Assembly: GCA_965644295.1 (NCBI GenBank)
Contig: CBFFRP010000254.1
Coordinates: 40,000 to 103,999, forward strand
Direction: 5' to 3'
Origin: Paraphysomonas bandaiensis
Lineage: Eukaryota > Protista > Chrysophyceae
Length of the DNA: 64,000 nt
Shown: positions 36,515 to 48,779 of the stretch, piece by piece
How the letters are laid out: the number at the start of each line of letters is the position of its first letter
Position numbering within the stretch: position 1 is the first letter of the stretch
Notes under the pieces: generated by a model
Seen by the model: only the letters and a program-made list of their open reading frames with translations
Told to the model about the DNA's origin: nothing
Database searches by the model: none
Program-made: the position numbers and the translations under genes

Positions 36515-39139
36515 ATGTCAGGCTCAGGGGTCTCATATGATGTTATCATCGGCCTTGCTTTGTTCTTTATCTGCCAGTGGTACTGAACCATACAATATGT
36601 TTGCAATGTCTCATATCCTTTACAGGTATGCAGGAAAGATGAGCAAGACTATGAATGTATCCACCATTCCTGCTGAAATAGGAGTGGGATTACTATTCGG
36701 GCCGAATGGGTTTGATTTTATTCCCCAGTTTAGTCATCATTATTCCCCATTAATGCTTCTTGGGTTTATCGGTGTGAGTTTGGTGATATTTGAGTCAGGG
36801 ATGCATTTAAATATTAAAAAAGTATGCAATTGGAAGATTGGAGGTTATGCTGTAGTTGTTGCGATTATAGGCACAATATTCCCTATATGCGCTGGAATGG
36901 CTGCATTCGTTGCGTTTGGCTATCCCTATTATCCGGTACGATCAAAATGGATGTATATATTTGTGTTATCTGATTGATTTATGTCGGAATGTTGTTTAGA
37001 ATGGTCTCGCAGCCGGTTTTGCTCTGGCACCCACTTCTGTCGGAATCAGTCTTGCACTTCTCTCACGTGCTAAAGAGCTGAACACACGTTGTGGTCAGAT
37101 AGTAATGTCCGCAGCTTTTGTTGATGATATCCTCTCGATAATCTGTCTCGTCATACTCACACATGTCGCCAAAGGAGAATTCCAATTTTTTCACAGTGCC
37201 GTGGTTCCTTTTTTGTATGCTTTTGCTTTTGTTGGTGTAGGATCTTTTGTGAGTGTATTCTTCATGCCCAACGTGATGAATAAGATTCTAAGTCATTGTG
37301 AAGATCAGGGCGATACCCAGGCAGGACGCAACTTGAAAGATCAAATACACTTTACCATTCTCGTAGCCATGTACTTATTTTTGTCGTGGGTGGGAACATT
37401 CGTAGGTTCTGCTTTACTGGGGTCATTTGTCGCAGGTACCTTATTCAATACAGTTCCGAGGTCGACGCTACTTTGGCACAAACATACAAAACATTTTATT
37501 CAATGGCTTCTGCGGCTCTTCTTTTCTTGTACCGTGGCATTCAGCATACACGTTTCCGATCTTTTCTCTGCAGAGGCTTTCTGGAGAGGAGTAATCGTTG
37601 CAGTGTTACCTTGTTTAGGCACGAAACTTTTCAGTGGCATATTTGTGGGAGTTGAGCGTTGGGTGGTGGGGGTAGCCATGATGGCCCGTGGAGAGTTTGC
37701 GTATTTAGTGGCAGAGCAAGGGTATGCATTAGATATGATAACAGGCACCCAGTATGCCATTATCGTGTGGGCACTTCTTTGGGCAACTGTGCTATCACCA
37801 TTGTTTTTTGACTATACTCTTCATAACTATGTTGCTGCTATGTTTAAACGGAGTGATCAAAGGCGGTCTCACCGCATTGGTGGAAAGAAATATTCTGGTG
37901 AACCATCTTTTATAATTCGTCTTATTGGTAACCACCATTGTGGTATGGTTCGAGAAGTAGTAGACTCACTTCACTCTCTTGGTTTCGATGTTTTACAAAG
38001 TGTGACTGAAAGTGACGGTACGTTTGGTACGGGTACATTCGTAGTCATCCCTCGTGATCCAATAGTGTACAATTATCAGCACGGCCATGTGACCACCGAA
38101 TCACGGGGGGGCGAGCTCCCATTGGAGTACCGTATGGCCACGGATTTGTCAGACGATAAGCTAGATGAGATAGAAAAAAACCTCAAAGAGACTATAGCAG
38201 ATAAAGAAGCGCAAGTTATATTTGAACCGTGCGGAGGAGACAAAGAAGATGGCAATCAACACATCGTAGAAATAGGTATGTGTACTATAAGTGCTTTAGC
38301 TATAACCTCATGGTATTTGTATATAAGAGCTTTTTGGTGAGAATTACCGCAATGTTCTTAAAGAGATTACTGACTTCCTCATGCATTCTTGTGCACTGAA
38401 TATCATTAAAGCCTACATCGATGAACCTGAAGATACAGAGCTTGCCATCGATTACTGTGTGTTCTATTGTACTAAAAAAAAAAGTAATCGTTCAGATAGT
38501 CTGGATAACTCTGGTCGTAAAAAATGGAATGAACAGAGTGACCAAGCAAGTCCGTCCCGGAAGACAAAAGAGAGTACTGAGTCACTGTCCTCTGACACGG
38601 AAGCGCGTCCGCATGATGCTGACGATGAGTTGGATGCTGGTATAGAACTAAATTCTGTAAAGGGAAGTGTCAGCGGTTCAGGTACGGCTTGTGAAGATCG
38701 ACCAGATAATTCTCCTACCATGCGCTCTCAAATTGACACAAGGCCTCTCCCAGAGGTGACTGAAGAGGAGCGAGCAGAAATAAGGCAAGGTATACGACGA
38801 ATATACGCTGAACATGGGCTACATGGTGGAGAGGCTCTTGTGCGAATGGTTCATGAAGATGATGTTATCTACTCGATTAACATGAAAACCCTTCACAGTT
38901 CCCGAGGAAAAAGATCTGATGGTGATACGACTTCTCGGAGACGCCCTTCTGAGCACCACAAACACGGCTTACCCAACAAACACATTATCAAGGTTGACTT
39001 TGCGAATGACCCTGAAAAGCGCGCTAAGCGGCGAAGCAGTTCGAACCAATCGATTTCTACAGTTGACTCGAACGAGTGTACTGTGTGTCGTGACGCGAAC
39101 GAAGACGTTATACTGAGCAATGCAGAGAGAAATGTATAA
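36515..39139 (+). CDS. CPA2-type Na+(K+)/H+ antiporter with two C-terminal ACT-like domains, 4 exons (36515-36579, 36626-36934, 37000-38275, ~38327-39139)
   Basis: Motifs AEIGVGLLFGP, IFESGMHL, ALAPTSVGI, SAAFVDDI, LGSFVAG and MMARGEFA; GT-AG introns keep the frame. Confidence 0.88.
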
Positions 39140-39688
39140 GGGAGACCTGCTCGTTGGTTTCCGTATTTTTCGTACTTTTATTCGATACTTATATAGTGCA
39201 ACGTGTGAAAAATGAATTAGTGAGATTGAGGCTAAAGTGTACGTATGACTTAATATTGTAGCATCCTTAGAGTATATGCTAGTAATAAATAAATAGTATA
39301 TGCAAATAGCGACGAGAAAACTTAACAAACTTAGAAAAAATTATTCTCTTTCTTCTCCCATTCCGCCACGCGTCATGTAAATCATTTATTTTATGTTCTG
39401 CACTTGGCGACTAGTACATTCAACCGGTTAATAATAATGGAAGTAAACACGAATTTACAATCAAAGGGTGTGACTCCTGGTCAATAATTGTAAGGATTTG
39501 TCCCTCTTATTAGATTCACTCAGATATTTGCACTACCATTATTCAGATATGATGTACACAACTACGCGAGCAGTATTCAACGCACTCCGCTGGACGACAA
39601 AACACTCTAGTTCACTGTGCATAAACCGGTTTCATCACTTGCAGAGGGCTCCTGCAATCATGATTAATCACATGTATCCCATACCACA

Positions 39689-41832
39689 CTATGTGATTTT
39701 GATATTATTGTCCTTGCACCACTTCTTGATTATTCGAACGAGATATTCAACCTGTGGGTTGGAAGTATTGCGAACCATCGTCATAACGTCTTGGAGGTCA
39801 TCCTTCGAGGCTTTACCGGCGATCATGAGCTGAAAAACCCCCACACATGCTCCGCGTTTCCCCTCCCAGTATTCAGGGTCCGGGTCCAGTCGTTCAAGAA
39901 CGTCAAACGCTTTCGCAGAGTACAAAAAGTGACCCATCTGGTCGCATACATATGTCGGTAAGATCACAAGAAATTGGCAGAAAGAATCTTACTCTGTAAC
40001 AATCATTGGCAATCAGCTGAAGTAAGTTGAAAGACTCATTGCTCGAGTTCATCTTCAAATATAGCTCCCATGCACTTCTCGGGTTGCCATTCATTATATA
40101 ACACCTCGCTAACCACGAGATGTACACATATTCAGATTTGTACTTTTCGTTGTGTATAAGCAAGAGGGCTTCCTCAGCACCCTTGTAGTTTCTCGTGGAC
40201 GCCAGAGACAAAGCATAGTTCCAGTTAAAATCATCATCGTTGTACATGTAAGCCTTGATGGAGTTAAGGTAAATATTGACGTCATCGAACTGACGCATCA
40301 AGAAGAAGCATGATGCCATGCATTGTCGTCCTAAAATACACAGTTAAATCATGGTAGGAATACACACAAATATTCATATGCGTGATATGTACGAACTGTA
40401 ATTCATGCAATAACGTGGTCCTTAGCTACACCATAAAGTCGCCGATGACATTACACATATGTTATAGTAAAAGGCGGAAGAGTCAGCTGTTACCTGGAAT
40501 GGTATCACATTCATGAGCGGAGGTTCCGACCAGCTGAAAGCATTGTTGAGCCACCTTCATGTGCTCTCGGCTTCCTGTAGCCTGGCCAATAGCCGCATGC
40601 ACCACTCCCTTCAAGATGTACTCCTACAACAGGTTATGAACATATGGTCCTATACACTATTCGCACAGAGACACAATTTTCGAACAAGTAATTACACGAC
40701 GCGTCTAGGTGTTTAAAAATTGAAGTGCAACCTGAGGAGTGGCCGGTTCGAGTTCTCTGATCAGTTCATGGGCTTCATGCACTGAGTTATGTCGCAGATA
40801 ATATATGACCTACATGAACAAGCGTGAATATTATTTGTACTACTGCTACACATAGCTGAGCCCATATACACTGCATAGGGTAATAGTCGCGTTGAACTCG
40901 GCATAACGAACACTCATATTTATTACCAGATTCAGCCTTCCTTCTGGAATCACATCAACGAGTGCAGGTAAAACTTGTAGAGCCTGATCACCATTGGAGA
41001 AGACCACCATATTATGCCGGATCAAATCGATAGAATGCAGGTTTACCCCGCGGTCGGCGAGAACCTATACGCAATAAAAATTACATTCAAGATACACGGA
41101 AAACAATATAGATACTTTGAGTTCAGCCTCTGCTGCCTTGCCGTTATATAGGCGAAAGTGATTGCATGCTTTCAGATTAACAGCCGTGGCAGAGTCCGGG
41201 TGTGCTTGCAAATAGACCGCCAAGATTTCCAGCGAAACGTCATAATAGTCGAGTTTGTAGTAGCACATGGCAACGTACACATTAAGTGCAAGGTCTTCTC
41301 GATTTTCAAGAAGCTGGCGCTTGTAAATATCTGTTGCTTCTTGGTGATGACTACGCAAGTAGTGCACTCCTGCCAGAGAGAGCTGGTCTTCTTTTGTATC
41401 CCGTAAATTCTGATGGTAGGTCATAAGTTTGTCCTCATCCCCTCGGCGGTGACAGATATTGAATAAGAGCCGGTTTTGGAGCGCATCTGGAGGTCCTTTC
41501 AGAGCTTCAGCTTCAGCTTCCTCATACATTTGCTGATAAAAGTAACAACATCCCAAAAACAAATGCACCTCGCCCGACACATTATGACAGTCTAACAGTT
41601 CTTTATAAGCATCTTCCGCACGCTTATAATTTCCTAAATGAAATGCTGCATATCCCACCCACATCAACAAGTCTTTGGTATTTCCATCCTGACATTTTAA
41701 TTTAAATTCCAGTAAGGCAAGAGCGCCAGTGTAATCTCTCGCTTGAATGAACTCTTGAAGAGTAGGTTGACCTTTTGCTGTCTTACCCTTATTTACCGCG
41801 GCAGGTTTTCGGGGCCTCTGCACTCCTCTCAT
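39689..41832 (-). CDS. TTC26: Intraflagellar transport protein 56 (TTC26/DYF-13), ~6 exons
   Basis: Conserved segments [76 protein letters not shown] and [23 protein letters not shown]. Confidence 0.95.
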
Positions 41833-42263
41833 AGCGACACGATTAGTTTAATCCTTTATAGGCAATCACTAACGCTATTTAAAATTCCAATCGATTATCA
41901 CTCTCGTATTTATTGCTATTGTACGCTTACATACATACATATATATATAGCATACTGCAGTATTATTGAGAACTGAAGTAACAGCAAAACGGATTTGAAA
42001 AAGGTACTACACGACTATTGTACAGCACTACGTAGCAGTACTGGAGTACTCCACTCTCTGTATGTGTACAAATACAGTATGTACGTACATATTTTGGTGT
42101 GTAGGTACAACTCTACACACTGAGTACATACATATGTACGACTGTAGACAAGAGGCATAGGTAGGTAGGTACTTCTTGGAATGCAAAGGCTGTTCTGCCG
42201 TATGATAATTATATGATAATATATATATTATTTATTGCATTGTGAGTTAGCCGTTATATAAGA

Positions 42264-42591
42264 ATGAGTGCTGATAAATTACTGTTGCCGAGGTCATCCG
42301 TAAAGCGGATAATGAAATTGAATGAAGAGGTAAAAGTGGTTTCGAATGTGAGTATGACATTCAGTGATAATTTTAAATATAATAACAACTTCTATGAACT
42401 AATATCAGGAAACTGTTATGACCACTGCGAAAGCAACTGAGCTGTTTGTGGGAGGACTCGCATTGAAAGCGCATGAAATTGCAACATCTCGCGGACGGAA
42501 AACGATTAAAATGGAAGATATTATTACCGCTATTCAAAACAACCCTCGCCAAATGGAGTTCTTAGATACTTGCTTTCAAAATCCTAAGTAG
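42264..42591 (+). CDS. Small H2A-type histone-fold protein (POLE4/CHRAC1/NF-YC-like), 88 aa, 2 exons (42264-42347, 42409-42591)
   Basis: Spliced translation MSADKLLLPRSSVKRIMKLNEEVKVVSN|ETVMTTAKATELFVGGLALKAHEIATSRGRKTIKMEDIITAIQNNPRQMEFLDTCFQNPK*; phase-0 GTGAGT...CAG intron. Confidence 0.85.
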
Positions 42592-44551
42592 GAATTGATT
42601 ATAGTACTCGCTTGGTTTTGTTGAGCGGCCCTGTCTTCATGTATTATTTTAACATAAATAGTAGTGTGGTGTGTAAGGATTTTAATGTGATATACTTGTC
42701 TAAATGCAAGAAGGGATCTTCAAGTACATATTGTCACTTCTCTCCGTGAAGGTAAGCGATAGTATATAATAGCTACTTCCGATTAAATGAAGCTTCAAAT
42801 ACTGGGTTATCTATATTGATTAACTGTGAGTATTGGATGAATTCATAGTTCATCAATAGTAATCATTGACTTGAAGACGTGCGGAATTCATACTCTTGGT
42901 AGTAATATATATGCTACTGATTAAGATACGATGCGCATTATGTCCACTTATAATGCAAGGGAAGAGCACGACTGTTTACAATATACATATAGTGAGCAGG
43001 CAATAGAAGAGTAGCTATTATTCTGAAGCCAAATATAGTGACCTAGTGCTAACCCTAATCGAATGGCTTGCTGTTATCTTATTACAAAAAAATATCGTCA
43101 CTCCGACCATAGAATAAACATTACATTAGACTAATTTTTCAGTTACTACCAAATACGTAGTATATAAATACTTAGTTCAACTTAAGTCTCCTCGGACTCG
43201 CTTTCTCTCTCACTGACCGCAAAATGTACCATAACTCTCAACCAAAATTTAATAAATTCTATAACATTCCAGAGTTGTCTAATTTGTTTGAAGAAAATAA
43301 TATGTTAAGACACATTATTTGCTATATCGCAGAACGAAAGGAAGAGTAAAGCATGAGCTCTGTTAAAATTGGAATCGTAGTTACTGTCGTACTTCTTACG
43401 GGTAAATACTATGATAATGCGGTTATAAAGCGTATTATCATATTGATGTTAGTGTAGTAATGTATATACTGGTGTTACTTCCTCGCTTTATGACAGTATT
43501 AACCGCACACAATATACAGTGTACAGTATAGCATCTTTTGTCTGATCTGTCGCTGGTTTCACTTCTTTCCATAATAAGTCGATAAGTCGCAGTCCTCACA
43601 GAAGAAAAATGTATTTGCCATTACAGAACGTAGAATATTCATAAAGCATGTGTAACGTACAAGTGAGGCAGTAATGAATTACAATTATTACAGAATATAA
43701 CGCACATAGGGTATACACCAGCACACAGAATTCAAAGTCATGACTCCAAACAAATTAAAATGAATTTTTGGACCCATGGTATAGAGAAACGGTCTTTATT
43801 GTTGCATTCTGAAACAGCTAATATGAAAACGAGTCAATGAACATTTTACTGGTCATCACACACTCATAAAAACGATGTTTCTCTTGATATCTCGATAATC
43901 CTTTATCTTCTTGGATAAATAGATTGCATCACTTGCAAAGAGAGGAGCGGATGATGCATATCTATTCCAACAAGCAAGATATTTACGGCATACTGGTATA
44001 CCACTATCCGTAGGAAGAGTTTATATATTTTTGTTCAAAGGTGCCTCAAATATCGAGACAACAATTTTCTCTCCAGCCGTAGTTGTGTTTCTCTAATGTA
44101 GATAGTTTTGCTTCAATTCATTTCCAAGAAGTATGTATGACTTCTGCACTCTGTGTGGATCAGCCATATCCTATCAGCCATACCAATCCTAAAACTTTAG
44201 GCCTAAATAACCCATATTTGGGATTTTTAAGGGATATACGTCGTAGGGTATTTAAAATGGCCTAAAATACTTGACGGTATTCCTACGTCATTTTCAGTCG
44301 AGATAGGGGATCGTATGTGGGTTGATGGGGGATTTTCTAACTCTATGAGCGAATGAAATGGCTTGAAATGACCGTAATAAAGCTGTCATTCGATACTGCA
44401 ACATCGTCGTAGTTTGCGACAGAGGGTGCATGGAGGATTGAACATGCAGTTGATGGAAGGAGTAACACGTTAGGCTATAAAGTCCACTAAATATAGTGAA
44501 TGGGTGCGTGTATTTTTAACACCACTTAGCCTTCGTATATCAAGTGATATC

Positions 44552-45857
44552 ATGGGCGCTGGTGTGTCGACTTCAAAATCTCCATTACCATTTAAAAATT
44601 TCAAGATAGAGTCCATTATAGGGAACGGTTCATATGGAGTTGTTAAGAGAGCAACACATATTCCGACCGAGACTGACTACGCTCTAAAAATTATAAATAT
44701 TCGGAGATGTATTTCTAGAAGTGGGGGTGCTGCAGTGCTCAAGGGAGAGATTACATGTCTAAAAAAGCTTCCGTATCATACATTTGTTTGCAATCTGCAC
44801 TATGCTTTCCACGATACTGTGGATTGCACTCTAGTTCTCGATTTACTGACTGGGGGAGATTTGAGGTATCATATGAACTCCCGTGTTATGTTTACAGAAA
44901 GTGATATTGCGTTTATTGGGGCGTGTATATCGTCCGCACTTAATCATATCCATAGACATGGAGTAATTCACAGAGGTGATATATAATGCTCCATGTGATT
45001 TGTTTTAAAGCTGTATTTGTATAGATGTGAAACCGGAAAATATTGTGCTTGATGGTCAAGGGTTTCCACGACTGACAGATTTCGGTGTATCTCATTTTAC
45101 CGCTGACAGCATAGTGTGCACATGCTGTAGTGGTACTGTTGGGTATCTAGCGCCAGAAATTTTGACATCGTCCCGTCGCCACAGCTTTGAAAGTGATTTT
45201 TGGAGCTTAGGAGTAGTGATGTTTGAATTATTATTTGGGGGGCGACCATTTGTTAGAAATTGTCCACCAAGGTTTTCCATCTTTGTGGAAAACAGATACA
45301 GAGATCTGTGGTCAATTGGCAGCTATATATCCACTTTCGACATTGCTAGTATCGACCATACAAAAGCTTACCTTGATGACTATTTGTCATATATGAACGA
45401 AGAGGCCAATGGTGCTCCGTGTTCTGAGATGGATCATATATTGCAAGTTTCACTTCCCCCGGCATTGACAATAAGTATGCCACATATCACGAGATGTGGA
45501 GATCACGTGTCAACTTCATTCGTCTCTGTTATCTGTGGTCTTCTGGACCCAAGGATTCCACAGCGACTAGGTGCAGGAGCCAACTATACTCGTTTACAAT
45601 GTCACGCCTTTTTTGACTTTATCGATTGGCATGCATTACAGCAGCGAAGAATTGCGTCTCCTTTACAATGCAAATCACATATGAACCCCACCCTTGGAAA
45701 TGACGAAAGTAATATCTCGTGCTCGTCCACTGAGGACCAAGAGCTTCCTGAGGAAATTAGTAAGATACTTGAAGAATATACATATACCCCCTTGGAGAAC
45801 AGACTCCCATGCCGAAATACACCTGATGAAGTAACTGAGAAAACTCTGCGTGCATGA
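44552..45857 (+). CDS. AGC-family Ser/Thr kinase (STK32/YANK-like), 2 exons (44552-44975, 45025-45857)
   Basis: MGAGVS myristoylation-like start; GNGSYGVV, YALK, LTGGDLRYH, HRDVKPEN (across the intron), TDFG, GTVGYLAPE and DFWSLG. Confidence 0.9.
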
Positions 45858-46331
45858 TACAGGTTGTGATTACTAGCCAACAATGTCTAGAGGTCTATAT
45901 ACTTTGTGAAACATATTTTTTTCTTCTTCTTCTGTTTTTTTATTTTTGTTATTGGCTGCAGATTGGCACATGTGATGCTAATTTTGTGTTCTGTGTAAAT
46001 TGTAAATTATCTCAGATTAGCAGAGTACTATATCCAAGGATATTGTACCTGAAATCTGAATTTAATAATTTTTTTATTCGTATGAACCATATCTTAGCTA
46101 GAATCAATAGCCTACACTTTCTTTATCAATATACCCTCTTTGTCCACACCTGGGTGAAGAGAACAGAATACGTATCGTCCACAACACAGCGACTGAGTTT
46201 TGCGCAATACACTTCTCTTCAACTTCAGTTGGGTTGAGTAACGTCAGTCACCATACTTCATCAGAGCACGATAAACATAGGTAAATGTATGGAGTAATGT
46301 CCGGTATTACCATCGGTGGACCTCAGCAAAA

Positions 46332-47043
46332 GTACCTATAGGTAGGTACCTATAGGAGACCTATAGGTACTTTATTAATTAAATCTCCTAGTACCTATTA
46401 GGAACTTGTCTAGTACCTATAGGTACATTTTAGCTCAATAGGTAGTACCTATACCAGCTTCAGATAGGACCACCTATAGGTGGCAAGACCAGCTATAGGT
46501 GGGTCCTATTTCTTGGTACCTAATAATTGCATTAGGAACCCCTATTAGGCACTACCTTTTTGACCTATAGGTACTAAGCAAGTTCCTAATAATGACCTAT
46601 AGGTACAAACAAGTACCTAATACGGACCTATAGGTACGACCTATACGTGTCCTATAGGTACTTAATAATTTCCTAATAGGTACTTATCGGTACCTATAGG
46701 TACTACCTAGTATTGACATTGCTACCTATAGGTAGTAGTACCTATAGGTAGCAAGATCAGCTATAGGTGGGTCCTATTTCTTGGTACCTAACAATCGAAT
46801 TAGGAACCCCTATTAGGTATTAATTTTGACCTATAGGTACTACCTAGATAGCTAACATATACCTATAGGTGTAGTACCTATAGGTGGCAAGACTAGCTAT
46901 AGGTGGATCCTATTTATTGGTACCTAATAATCGTATTAGAAACCCCTATTAGGCACTACCTTTTTGACCTATAGGTACTACCTAGTTAGGTAACACACAC
47001 CTATAGTTGTAGAACCTACTAAATACCCTGCCACCTATAGGTA
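46332..47043. repeat. Left subterminal array of palindromic (T)ACCTATAGGT(A) motifs
   Basis: About 17 exact CCTATAGG copies by eye plus variants; a ~105-bp higher-order unit occurs three times (~46474, 46741, 46877). Confidence 0.95.
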
Positions 47044-47265
47044 CGATGCAGCCCAGCCTACAAACCACACACTGCTCATAAAACGCTATACAACATTAGT
47101 ATCGTTTATAGAGAAGAGTACTAGACAAATCAAATCAGCATACACACTCGAAAGAACAGAAAACACACACTCGAAAGCGATATATGAATAAAATCGATAA
47201 TAAAAAATAGCCAGCTTGAAAACTGACTATGCCTAACATCGGAGGAAATGGTTAATACACATACC

Positions 47266-48490
47266 TTACCAATCTTTCAAAACTACAGACGCCTCATCAG
47301 GCTCCTCAATGTACTCTGAATTTTCGATCTTTTTCTTCTCTTTCTTCAGTAGTCTCCACGTACTGAAATATCTTGTTCTCTGGGAGTGGAAATAGAGAAA
47401 TGCGCCTTCTTTTTCTAAGAAAGCGCGTCGTGATATTTTAATCGCATCAACTCTTGATTTGGCTCTCGATGCCAGATAAGCAGTCCAGGCATCACTACTG
47501 GTAGGGGGAGATTCGGACGCCTGCTGTAGTCGATCGTACAGCATCTCCTGAGCTGTCGACTCTATCATGGCGCTAGTTTCGTTAACAAACGTCATGGGAT
47601 CACTGCTATCATTATGACTATAAGCTCCAATTAAAACACAGACGGCTTCGACAGCAGTCTGCATGAAGGAATCTTCACTGTTCCATTGATGTTCTCGAGG
47701 GCAGTTACCTAGTCAAACAATGAGTTTATAGAAAACAAATATTTGACTTACCATCTTTCAAGGAATTTCTTAATTCCTCCTCGAATGCACTATCCAACCA
47801 GGGGGTCTGGTCGGTATAAAGAGCATGATAGCATAATCTAATCTTCGTTTTTATATTATCAGCCACCTTTCGCACATATTTCATTACGTCTCTGTAAACT
47901 ATGTGAGACATGTAATAATAACAGACTCAATCAAATACCTCGATGACGAAATCGCAGCTATGACACCGCTCTGAAGCATTGTTTCATTCGGCACAAATGC
48001 TCCTTCTTTACAAGCTAGTTAAAATGCCTGTTATAATTAAGTCACATACTTATAAATATATTAAATTCACCTTATTATGGGGAGCTTGCATATCAATTCC
48101 GTTTTTTGATATTAATGCAAGTATCAGCCGCATGAGGAGTTCGAAGTGTTCCTCAATGGGAGATATTTCCCCAGTGTCCAGTTTACAATGTAACCGAGCA
48201 TACATCATCTCCTGATGATACGGGAGAAAGCTTGGGGATGAGGCAACCACGGCGGCACTCTGCTGCCCCACGACAAGATCTTCCCGGTACAAAACTGTCG
48301 ACAATAACTTCGTCCTTACGTTCTTCGTCCGAAGACTGACTTAAGGTTGCAAGGTTTCAATTTCTGACGATGAGTGACATTGCTCAGGTATAGTTATATT
48401 GGGCCTGCTGCACAGAGGCTTCTTCCTGGGAGGTGACTGTGCAGTACAAAATGTGCGATCCATTTTACGGTTTCCACTGCGCTGCGCCAT
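47266..48490 (-). CDS. Second (accessory) gene of the transposon, multi-exon, possibly damaged
   Basis: Coding-like minus-strand segments (MAQRSGNRK..., DTGEISPIEEHFELLMRLILALI, YVRKVADNIKTKIRLCYHALY, AVEAVCVLIGAY) separated by GT-AG introns; no recognised domain. Confidence 0.55.
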
Positions 48491-48779
48491 CTGATAACGA
48501 TAATGATGATAATGAATACGATAAATAAGATGAAATAATGATGATTGCATATATATATATATGACTGTTTATGGAATTCATCTTTCGGAAAGTGAAGAGA
48601 CATTCACATACTCTCACTTCGACTTCGAAGTTCTCACACTTCGACTTCAGAATCATTCTTCAGTTTGTTTTTTATGGGACTGCTGTATACATGGTATACA
48701 TATACACATAGCAGAGCACATACGTATGTACATATACAAAACTGTGCAGAGGGATACACAAAGGTGTACACATGTACAC

